NCBI GenBank assembly: GCA_964270895.1 | Contig: OZ185436.1 | Direction: 5' to 3' (one strand) | DNA: 64,000 bases | Source: Podarcis filfolensis | Lineage: Eukaryota | Part shown: one piece after another, positions 12,001 to 24,000 of the stretch | Numbering within the stretch: the stretch's first letter is position 1 | Layout: each line of letters opens with the position of its first letter | Made by a program: the position numbers and the translations under genes | The notes under the pieces: model-generated | What the model was told of the DNA's origin: nothing | Databases searched by the model: none | What the model saw: the letters and a program-made list of their open reading frames with translations, nothing else

Positions 12001-15000
12001 GTTAGATTAACAAAGGGCCCCCATATTGGGATTGCATATGCTATTGTTGCAATCACCTTTGCCTTGAAAACTTTTAACATTGATGGAATATGGAAAGCCC
12101 CATCTGAAAAGAAAAAACGCAGTATCGCAAAGGCAAGGGCTTTTGCTCTGTTTAATACATATGCAAGATGGACCTTCCAGCCCATGTTGTGTTGGAGAAG
12201 GACTCCCAAGTACTGAAATTTAAAGACTTGGTCAATAGCTTTTCCGTCTATTCTCCAATTATAGGTTTTTCGACTCTTGGAGAAAATTAGGACTTTGGAC
12301 TTAGCATGGTTAATTGTAAGAAAATTTGATTTGCAGTAAACATCGAAAATTTTTAATGCCCTCCTAAGGCCGACTCTTGAGAAGGAAAGGATCACTGCAT
12401 CGTCTGCGTAGAGTAGAAGGGGGCAACGATATTGGGCAAGACGGGGGGCGTGGATCGTTTCTTGAGAATCTATCAGAGGCACCCTCATATCACTTATAAA
12501 TAGATTAAAAAGGGTCGGAGCAAGGATACATCCTTGACGAACACCTCTATTGATAGTTACTGAATTTGAGAGGTCGCCGGCCGGAGTGATTCTCACCCTG
12601 GCGGCCGATCCGTCGTGCAATTTAGTTATTAGCCACAAAAGTCTTTTGTCTATTCCCCATCGGGCTAATTTTCCCCAAAGTAATCCTCTGGGGATGCTGT
12701 CAAAAGCGGCCTTTAAATCAATGAAGGCCGCACAAAGTTGGCCTCTATTTGGGGAGGAATATTTCCGGGCAAGGTGGTATAAAACTAAGACATGATCAAC
12801 CGCTGACTGATTCGGTCTAAAACCAGCCTGTTCTGGCCCAATCAGGTTGTTCTCTTCGGCCCACTTAGTAAGCTTAGTTAACAAGAACCGTGCATATATT
12901 TTCCCAATTAATGACAATAAACTGATATTCCTGTAATTTCCCGGATCATCTGTCGAGCCCTTTTTATGAATTGGAACAATAATCGCCTCCTTCCATATTC
13001 TTGGTACCTTCCCACTGTTATTTACGGCATCAAACGTAGCGGCCAGGATTTTCGCCCACCAGTCTGCATGAAGTTTTATAGCTTCCGCCGGGACTAGGTC
13101 AGGACCGGGGGCTTTTCCGATTTTAAGATTAGAAATGAGTCCGTGGATTTCTTCCGGGTCAGTGGGTGGCCAAAGAGGGAGCTGCTCATCAAATCTATCG
13201 ATTGTATTAATATTAAGGTCTGGTACGGCAAAATAGTTCCTTAGAAAGGATTCCCAAACTGGGGCCGGAATAACTGTTAAGGGGTATCTTTTAGATTTTC
13301 TGTTAACCAACAGCCAGAATTTTCGGGAATTACGGGTACTTGAGGCAGCTATAAGTGCTTGCCAGCGGTTCAGTTGCCATTCCTGTTTGGCCTTTTTTTG
13401 CACATATTTGTAAGCTGATTTTGCCTGATAGTACTCCTTGGGAAGCGTAGTCGCCCCTGAGGATTTGTAATCATTATAAATAGCACAAAGATGTTGTTTG
13501 GCTTGTTTACAATTACGGTTAAACCACAGTGCACCTGTCTTAAAGTGGGCCCAATTTGCCTGGTGGGTTGGGACAGTAAAGAATGACGTAAGGTCCTTCA
13601 ACAGATTGGCAAATAGATTAATAGTTTGATCGTGTTCATATGAGGTTATGCCAAGGGCTGAATAGGTTTGTATGATCTCCTGCTGAAAAAATTCGGAATA
13701 TTTTTGAGCCTGCGTTACAGACCACTTTATACCCTTCACTCGTAATGCCGTATTAGTACCCTCTACTGGGTTTTCGGCGTTAGTATCTAATTGAGTTGGA
13801 TGACTGTGCTCAACCCCATGCCAGTCTAGGTCAAACGTAGCAGCAAGTGGAAGGTGGTCACTGAGCTGGATATTGCCAATCTTAAAAGAGAGAGCTTTCG
13901 AAATCAGGTCACTCGAGGCTAAAAGGTAATCTAGTACACTGTTTGATTTTATACCTAGGTGGGTATACTCCCCCGGTATATCAGGAGGGCAGCAACCATT
14001 CAGGGGTACTAGGTTTAAGCGAATAGCCATTTGGTAAAGAAGTACTCCAGCCTCGTTTACTTTAGAGTCTTTTGAGGCTCTCCCTAAGGCATGTCTCAAA
14101 TCATAATTGTCGAGGCATGGAGCAGTCCACCATTTAGCTTTAGTTAAATCGACCCAATTTGCTGCTATACGTGCGTTAAAGTCACCACCAATTAAGGATT
14201 GGCTATTGGAATATTTGACTCGGCATGATACTAGATGATCTTCTAATATTTCCCATCTATCATGCAGTTCAAGGGACGAACCCCCTGGCGGGAGATAGAC
14301 ATTGGAGATTAACAGTGATACTTTCCCCCCCGACATCAACCCGGATAAAGCATAAGGGGGGGCAGTCGAAACTAATGAAAATTTGAAATGCAGCTTCAGT
14401 GAGATACCAATTACTAGACCACCTTTCGGCCGTCCTCCTTTCTGGGAGGGGCAAGCTGGAAGGGATAGTAGGTCAAATCCGTTTATGACAATTTCACCCT
14501 CCTCCCAAGTTTCTTGCAATAGAATGATATGAAACGAGTTGATATACGACTGGAATTCTGGGTCACATTTTTTCCTACGCCAGCCAGCGATGTTCCAACA
14601 AAGGATCGATATTGGTGGTTTTCTGGGTTGTCCGGCTAACCGTCATTTAAGCAACGCATGGGAAAGGATAGTAAGATTAGCGCATGTCCTAAATAGAAAC
14701 TGCGTTTTCCATTGCACCTCCTTCAAATATTACAGGGAGAACCAGGAGGCAATGGCTCAGTAGGAGACAAATGCATTGATGGGCTACCAGGGCCAAAGGT
14801 AAGCAGCATATGGAAAAGGATAGTGAGGTTAGGCATCATTCATATCAATGCAAGCATATCTGCTTGCTTGACAAAACAATCTCCCCTCTCCTACCCTCTC
14901 CCCACTGATCTGGGGGTTCTCCCACCCACTCCAGCAAATGGCAGGGCACAGGGGGAGAAGAGGGAAGGAAATTGTGCTAGTAGAATGCCTTGTGTGGGCT

Positions 15001-18000
15001 TCTGCTAGCAGAATCTGGATCCAGCCCTGGAACTTTTCCATTGCACCTCTTTCAAACATTTCAGGGAGAACCCGGAAGCCCTGGCCCGACAGGAGAAAAA
15101 GGCACAGATGGTCTACCAGGGCCAAAGGTAAGGAACACATGGGAAAGAATAGTAAGACTAGCACCTGGCCTGCTTAGAAACTGAGAGTTTTCCATTGCAC
15201 CTCTCTCAAACTTTATAGGGAGACCCAGGAAGTGTTGGCCCAACAGGAGAGAAAGGCACAGATGGCCTTCCAGGGCCAAAGGTAAGTATCACATTGGAAA
15301 GGATAGTGAGACTAGCACCTGGCCTGCTTAGAAACTGAGAGTTTTCCATTGCACCTCCTTCAAACATTACAGGGAGAACCAGGAAGTGTTGGCCCAATAG
15401 GAGTGAATGGAATAAATGGTCTACCAGGGCCAAAGGTAAGTATCAAATGGGAAGGGTAGTAAGGTCTGGATATGAACATGCAAAATGCTTCATTCGCAAT
15501 GAAATTGCAACTTGCCTTTACAGCAGCATCCCCTCACATCTAATGGGATGTTTCACTGCCATGCTCTCCAACATTCAGGAGCAGCTTATCAGATGTTTGA
15601 AGAAAACTTTTGTAGCTGAAAAAGTCCACATGTAGAAGACTTCCCTTGGATCATAGCCCAAGACTAGTATTAACCCTGCTTGGTAACAGAGAGCAAAATG
15701 AACCATGGTAATCAAATGTATGCATCAAAACACAGGTGGTCATTTTTGTTTCAGGATGATGACCATTTTGGATCAGAGAGGTGTTGGGAGGGTCCTGCTT
15801 AATCTGCTCCCCAACTGCTTCTTTTCTTATGTAACTCCTTCCCCTCCCAAGCCTCTTCCTTTCCATATGATTCTCGATGTATGTTTTACTTTTGGAACAC
15901 GCACAAGACATGAATGGTGCAGAGCAGGGTATTTGCATGCTTACTGTGAAATGGTGAGGTCCAGGTTCACATGAAATTCCGTTTCATGTTGAATTGGTGA
16001 GACAGCTTGAGCCCTTTTGTCTATGTGATGGTGAATGCTGAAAAGCAGGGCAGCTAGTGTGGTTTAAAGAGCTGTATGCACTTGGATTTCCACATGGGAG
16101 GATGGCAATGGAATGAGCTTTGGCTGGTATTGGCACATAGATATCAGAAATTGCTAGTGTGCTAGCAGGGCTTCTGGTGCTGCACATCCAACTTCCCATA
16201 CCTAGTGACCTCAAACCCTGGCTCTTTGAATGTTTTATCCTGCACTTATGGAGCTCTGTCCTCCACACCAGGCACCATTAAATTAGAACAAAAACTGCCA
16301 AATTAAGGCAAATTAAGATAGAACGTTCATTTTCTCTGCTAATACAGGATAAAAAACAATACTGCATTAATTTTTTATAAAATAAAATGTAGAATCATTC
16401 TAACATAAAGACATGCAGAGTAAAAAACACACACAAACACGAATCTGCTAATTAATTTAATGCATAATAATTCAATAATTTGATTACCAGTACAGGAAAT
16501 GACAACAGAGTGTACAAATTTTATGTCCCTACAGCAAACGACATTATTTCATAGATGGCATGTTTATTTGCTCTGGTAACAGGAAGAAGCAAATAGGTTA
16601 GTTTGGAAATACTGTATCATGAAATCAGGATGGAATGTAAAATAGCATAAGTATCTTTGTTTCGCATGATCAGCATAACATTAGCCCAAGGAAAATAGAG
16701 AACTGAAATATTTTCAAGAGTTGGGAGTCCTTTTCCAAAAAATAAAAGAGAAGAGGAGTTTGGATTTGATATCCCGTTTTATTACTACCCTAAGGAGTCT
16801 CAAAGCAGCTCACAATCTCCTTTTCCCTTCCTCCCCCACAACAAGCACACTCTGTGAAGTGAGGGAGGCTGAGAGATTTCAGAGAAGTGTAACTAGCCCA
16901 AAGTCACCCAACAGCTGCATGTGGAGGAGTGGGGACGCGAACCCGCTTCACCAGATTACGAGTCCACCGCTCTTAACCACTACACCACACTGTATCTGTA
17001 ATCAGCCTCTTCTAGGGCATTGTATCATATGAGCTGCAGGTTTCTTTATTACCTGAAGATTTTCTGATCCATGGGTCACCAATGCAGTGTCCAACATAGA
17101 GGGATTTTTGTGGGGAGGATCTTTCTGGAGATTACAGCTAGGGTGCTCTTGCTTCCACTGCCCACCCCCAAAAAATAGGCTTGGAGGAAAAAAATTGAAA
17201 TTTCTTCAGATTGCAACTGTGCCCACAAACCCAAAAGGGGTGGTGACCCCTATTCTATTCTGAATGTCAGGCTCAAAGCAAAATGAAGACCTATAGATGA
17301 AATATAAATAAATCATAATCTCCATTTAGGAAGGATGCCCAGTCTAGACTTGAGTTAAAAGTGTATTTGCATTTAACCTGCAAGTTTTTTGCAATGCAAA
17401 TTGCTTCAAGGGGGGGGGGTTGTTGATAATTAGTAATGTCAGAGCTAATATGGAGAAAGAATCTAACCCTTTCTTCCTCTGCTGAGGAAATCGCCTCTGA
17501 TAATCCCTATTTGATTCATAGAATCCTAGAACTGTAGAGTTGGAAGGGACCCTAAGGATCATCTAGTCCAACCCCCTGCAATGCAGGAATATGCAACTGT
17601 CCCATACGGGGATCGCACTTGCAAACTTGGCGTTATCAGCACCAGGCTCTAACCAACTGAGCTCCTTTGAAATAAAATACCAGATACAGAAGAGGATTGT
17701 TTTCCCTGGACCACAGCAGAATTAAATTCCCTCTCCATATTGCCTCTGGTAATTATCCTGCCCACCAAGCAATTACAATTTGCATTCTTAAAAACCTGCC
17801 ATGATGCACACAGAACTGCATTACTGTAGGAACAGCAGGTCTCATTTAAGCCTCCTACTTTTTCAGTCTTCCAGGAAAGAAGATAGGTGTGATATGAAAT
17901 GATAAAACAGTAAACTGGCCAGCTGCATTGAGCTAGATGCCCCTGACATATGACCATAATGGTGATACCTTTCTTGCTTTCTGAAGCACCCACCCAGCTG

Positions 18001-21000
18001 AACTTAATAGCTTTTCCCCACTGAAGGAGGAAGTGGAGCAAGCCAGCAGAGAGGGGACAAAAATGTATGGCTTGAACCAGTGCAACGTTCATTGGTATGC
18101 TTCTCTGTTCAATCAGTTAGGAAGATGGGAAAAGAGTGTTCTTTTAATTGCCTCTTTGGTCATTCCAAGATAAAATATTTTAGAACTGGTTATGTAATTT
18201 TTCATGAGTCTTCTTCTTGAAGAAAGGGAAACATTTGTTTATGCTACGTCCATTTAGGCAAGTTGCTAATCCTTTAGAGCTAATCTGTATTTCATGAAGT
18301 CTGCATCAAACTTACCTTCCTCTTTATTAGGTTATAGCTCTTTTTATGCTGGAAAACTGAAGAACGTAGTGTTTCAGAATACCTACAGTAAATGTGGCAA
18401 CTATCTTAATTTATAAAGATTTGACGTGCTAGAGTGTCTTTTTGCTACTTGCCATGTTAATTTTTCATAAACTACAGAGATTACAAAAAGAAATATTTGA
18501 CAGTGTAAACAATGCAAGCACAAAATACAATATGTGAAAGCAAAAGTATAATCGTGACATGATTAAGTTTATATGCCAGGCTAATTTCTTGTTCAAAAGT
18601 TAGTTGGTTTTGCAGCAGTGTGGTGTGCATATTGTTACACTAAAACCTGCAGGGCGGTTTTATTATCTTGTATCTGATTTGGCTGATTCGTTTTGCAGCT
18701 GGATTGTGTGAAGGTCTTTTAAGCCTGCTATTGCTTATGCTGTGCTCCTCAAGACACATAGATATGTGACGTATCTTGTCTCTGAATCAATATTTTAGAG
18801 TAACAAACATTTATTTTCAGGGTGAACCTGGTGAAAGAGGAGCAGATGGACACATTGGGCCAAGGGTATGAATTACTTTTGTTCTTTCCTTAGCTTGCTA
18901 AAATAAATACTCAAGCTGAAATAAACATACACTGTGAGATTTGTGGAAGATAAATTAACTAGGGATTTTCCCCGTTGTCAACAATACAATCAGTATAAAT
19001 ATTCTGGAGTAGAAAATGGTTTCCTTGAATTTCAGTCTTTGACATTTGTGTGTGGACTTATAAAATGGGTTGGGTACTAGTTTTGACTTTTATAGGCCAT
19101 TGAAAACCTCAAAGGGAGGTTCCATGTGCTATGACATCTCTGTATTCCATATTGAAGTGCATTCGAATCATTTTGCACCAGGACCTATGTCATGAATCAT
19201 TGTCAGGGACTGGCAGCTCTCTGATGATTGTGTTGCAGAAAGAAGAGGGCAGGAGATTGATCCAGGAGGAGGGGGCAGTTATTTATGGTGTTTGGCTCCA
19301 CCTGCGAGGCTGGAGCCGGGGGGGGGGGCTGGGGGCTTAAGAGAAAAGGTCCAACAGAAATGGAGGTGGGTGCAAGATGTGTGAAGAGACAGTAAGATTT
19401 AGACTGCAGCCCTAGACACGCTTAACTGGGTGGTTCCATCATTGAACTCAAAGGGGATTTACTACTGAGTAGACATACATAGAGAATTGCACTGTTTGGC
19501 TGCAGCCCTATAGCTGCTTCCCTTTGAATAAGCTCCTTTGGAATCTGACTTCTTATTTACTTCTGAGTAGACAAGCATAGGATTGTTGTGCCAAAGCATA
19601 GAGGAATAAAAATATTTTCATAGCTCATGACATTGAGAGTGTGCTTGGAGGATTTCCGTGGTGGAGGAATTCCGTAGTTGTGTTGCTACTACTGCAAAAG
19701 CATCTGCCAAGGTTATCTTAACTAATGATGGCTCTAAGAGCAGGACCTCCAGTACCCAATGGGCCTTAATGGGACTGTCACAGCATAGGTGGTTTATTCC
19801 ACTTTCATCCAGTGAACAGTTATTATCTAGACTGTAGCAATTAAAGCACCGTATTTAAGTATGAAACTAGAATTTACTGTGACTTCTTAATAGCATGTGA
19901 CAAGCAGAAAATTATTTCTATTCCCATAAAGTTTACAATTACCTTTTCTTTTCTTTGTAGGGTCCTCCAGGCCTGAAAGGAGAACAGGGTGATACAGTAG
20001 TAATTGACTATGATGGTAGAATCTTGGAAGCTCTCAAGGTAACCTTTATGATAATAATGTGATAATTATACAATTTGCTTCAACATGAAGTGGCACTAAA
20101 TTTTAGTAACATTAGAAGTGCCCTGATACATCAGACCAAAGGGTGATTTGGCTCAGTGTCCTGTTTCCCACCTTTGGAAAGCCTACAAAGAAGGACATGA
20201 TGGCAAGATTGATACTCAAATAGAATCAAAAGTCCAACATACAAGCCAGTTTGAGGAATTTGGGCATGGTCCACAGAAGCCATCGCAAACTGTCCACGTT
20301 GCCAGAGCTTTTTGCTACAACTCCACCACCAAATCTGTCATCAAAAGCAAGGGACAATCAAAGGCAAAGGACCTTGAAAGAGAAATGTTATGACAAGGCA
20401 ACAATGTCTGGATGCTCTGGAAGGAAGTGAGAGTCAAATGTGGAATCCTTTATACAGTTCATGCTAGGCTAGTGCAATAATTTGTGCCTATAGTGGTATA
20501 TATGTTGTTTCTGAATAGGCCAAAAGCAGCTAAGCTGTTCAGAGTGGTGACTATCAAAACTGTTTTTAGAAACCACTAGAAACAGCTGTAGGCAAATTCA
20601 GGCACATCTGGTGGGAGTGACTCACAAATGAAATAAGCAGCTCTTTGTTACTTAGCGGGTTGTAACTTCCATAATGACTGCAAGGAGACTGATTGGGGTA
20701 GAATTTCAGTTTGTCCTTTCAGATCAAATGGGGGGGGGGGTTATATAATAATGTTCTCAACAATAAAAAATGTTTAGATGATGGTCTTTTCAATTGGAAA
20801 AGTATTTGAATAGCATAAATATTTAATTCTTAATACATTTGAAAACTATTCTAACTGTTTTATAACAGGCTGCAGGGAAACTCAGATTGACGGTAAAATG
20901 GTTTTTTGCCAGATGCCTGTGTGGATTTATTTTTTTTAATGGCCTAGCATGTGGCTTTTCTGCTTTAGATTTTTTGATCATGGTTCTCAGAAATTTTCTA

Positions 21001-24000
21001 CCAAACATTTGATTTCTGTTAACAAAATAATGACATAATCCCTTAGGTTGAATCATTGGCAGCATGATGTCAGACACAGTGATAATCAAGTAATGAATGT
21101 GTTTAATTGCTTTGTTTCATAGTTTCTGGCTTGCTTCTTTAAAATTGCATTAGGCATTATTTTGAAAACATGCTTCACATTTCATGTTGAAATCAGTGGG
21201 ATTTAAGAGTGCTTACGTTTGGCTCACTATTCCCATCATCATTACATTAAGATGGCAGAACTCCCAAGGGGAGTTGTCCTCTGTCCCAGCTAGGTGTTGC
21301 TCTAGTCATCTGCAGGGGAAACTGTAGCTGTGCTCTAATGGTTGAGAATTCTGAAGACTCCTTTGGAGACAGGCAGAAAAAGCAGCAGGGGGTCATGGAG
21401 TCACTTCCCACCTTTCTCTATTGTTTCTGATCATCCCCTTCCTAGCCTCTTGGGGAAATTATCTGCATTATGGAAGATGGATTTAAATTGGAAACTAGAT
21501 GACCTGCTAACCGTAGATTTTGTTGCCAGTTGTTTTTCATCTCTGTTAATTCAAAATGTTTGTATTAACAGCAGTTAACAGATAATTTGCTGTCTTTTGT
21601 TCCAGGGCCCGCCAGGTCCCCAAGGGCCCCCAGGCCCCCAAGGAGCTCCAGGACCAAAGGTTGGGTTTTACTCCCTTTTACATAAAATGTATTTTGTTCT
21701 GTACTGTACTCAGTACCTGCTTGGCAACACTGAGCTTGGTTTATATGTGAATCTTCTGTTCATGGCATATCCCCTTGGATAACTTTGGGGGAGTCAGAGT
21801 GATGGGTAACGTGTTCAAAGTTTCAAAGATTAGCAAAGGGAGAAGAATTTTAACAAGTGTCTATAATCACTTGTTTGTGGGCCCAGGCATAGTGAGACCA
21901 TGGTGGGATGTGCAGATGGCAAAGGAAGCAAGAGACAAGTGTTGGATTCAAATTAAGCCACAATTTTATTGGTTCCAGATAAAACAGTGTTGGCAATGGC
22001 ATTAGGCATGAATTGATTGATGAGCTAGCCCACATGCTGGCTGAAGATCCTCTAGGGCTGACCTAGTTTAATCTCTATTTGGAAGGTTTGTTGAAAAGTC
22101 ACCAGGTCACAAGCGGTATAGGGCTTTGTCTTGGCTTAAATAAATTTGACACTTCCCTTGAAATATGTAACATTAATCATGCACCTTTAAAATATTGAGT
22201 ACTGCAATATATACTTCTTTGGGGGAAGGGAAAAAGATTTTTATTGGTTAGATTCATGATGCAGTCATTGCTCTGATTTATCCCGTTTTTTTGTTCCAGG
22301 GGGAACTTGGATTGCCTGGCCCGCCTGGAGTTGATGGAGAGAAGGTGTGGCTGGGAGCATTATTAATAAATTTGCATTCAGTTGTGTGACTAAAGTTCTG
22401 TAATAGGCTGAAACTACCTATTAAATGTTTGAGAGTTACTAAAGTGGTTGGAATGCATGCAGTCTTCAGAGGCACATATAGGCAAATTGCAAACTCTTCA
22501 TCCTGCAGTTTTTCCAACCATTCCATATCCTTGACAACCTACTATTNNNNNNNNNNNNNNNNNNNNNNNNNNNNNNNNNNNNNNNNNNNNNNNNNNNNNN
22601 NNNNNNNNNNNNNNNNNNNNNNNNNNNNNNNNNNNNNNNNNNNNNNNNNNNNNNNNNNNNNNNNNNNNNNNNNNNNNNNNNNNNNNNNNNNNNNNNNNNN
22701 NNTTTGGTCTCTGTGAGGTTCACACCTGATTGTCATTTCCCAAATAAAGTGTTCATGCAACCGGAACTACAGCTCTGCTCCACCCTCCAATCATTCCTGA
22801 GCACAGAGAGGGAAGACAGTGCCATTATCCGATGTTGCATCTTTCCATCCGAGTCTTTATTAAGCACCCCTCCATGATACATGATCAAATTATTGCAGTC
22901 AGTAATTTAATTTACATCTAATTCAAAATAAATACTTAAGATTGTTGTGTGCAGGATGAGTGTGTGCATGTCCGAATCTTTATTGAAGTTTCCTGTGCTT
23001 TGAAGTGGTCACATCCACCTGATCTATTAAATTCCATTCCACTTCTTAATCAGTGTTTGATTGTCAGCAGTTCCTCTAACACAATCAAAATAAAAAATAT
23101 TCTAACAGAGTAACACTGGAAAATAATGAATACTATTAATTAAAACCCAATTATCTTACATTCCACCCCCCCCCCTTAAAATTACAGGGTCCTAAAGGTT
23201 CAAAAGGAGACCAAGGAAGCTCCGGACTCATAGGACAAAAAGGAGAGAAAGGAGATGTTGGCATGAGTGGTCTCCCAGTATGTCTGTTTTCAGTATCTAT
23301 TACTAAATACTGTTTTCACAGATACAGTTGTTTGGTATACAAGGTGCATTACACACACATTATGGGAAATGGGTGTGTAAGTGCCTGGTATAGCGTCTCT
23401 GATAATCTGAGGGGTGGGGAGATCCCTGAAGGAATTCATAAAGCTACTTGGAAAACAAGGTTAGATTCCTAAATAGAGCCTCCTCACAGAGGCTCCCTGA
23501 GAAAGTCATGGTCCACACTTTAAAGAGATCAGTAGGCCCTTTTTTGGCTGGAGCCTGGAATGGCCACTTTGCCCTCAGTCAGGGTGGCATCAGCTGCTGC
23601 AGTTCTCAGCATCTGTTCACTAGCAGGATTTGTGTCCAGCCTGTCTCCTCTTTCTGTTCTATTTTGGCTCCCCAGGTTTTTGCACATCCCACTAACTCAG
23701 CGAGTATCTGGACAAGATGTGCAATCTGATAGGTAACAAGCAGCCTGAGGTTTCTTTTCTTTTTAAAGTTCCTGTGACTTCTTTTGGCAAAACAACTCCC
23801 TCCCCTCAAATTCTATCCTTCAGTTTAAAAATCTACATTTGTGTTTATGGGTGGTGTTCAACTAAGGTTTACTCAGAGGAGACCCACTGCAATTATGGAA
23901 CATGGCTGAGTTAGGTCCATTCATTTAATTGGTTATGCTCTTGTAAAATACCACCCTCTGCGTTCCCACAGCATTCTTTCTATTGCTGCATCTGCACTCA

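Larger units (their letters stand above)
8353..15435 (+). repeat. COL23A1: Tandem array of 19 exon-intron units, each with a 63-nt (21-aa) collagen exon of COL23A1
   Basis: Exons at 8353-8415, 8506-8568, 8660-8722, 8814-8876, 8967-9029, 9120-9182, 9275-9337, 9429-9491, 9581-9643, 9735-9797, 9891-9953, 10046-10108, 10196-10258, 10350-10412, 10905-10967, 14736-14798, 15065-15127, 15219-15281 and 15373-15435. Consensus GEPGS(V/P)GP(M/V/T)[12 protein letters not shown]. Each is preceded by CAG or TAG and followed by GT. Introns are homologous and 87-93 nt, except three with insertions (492, 3768 and 266 nt). Confidence 0.97.

Noticed and set aside
22429-22760. ORFs spanning the N run
   Set aside because: Artefacts of the assembly gap.
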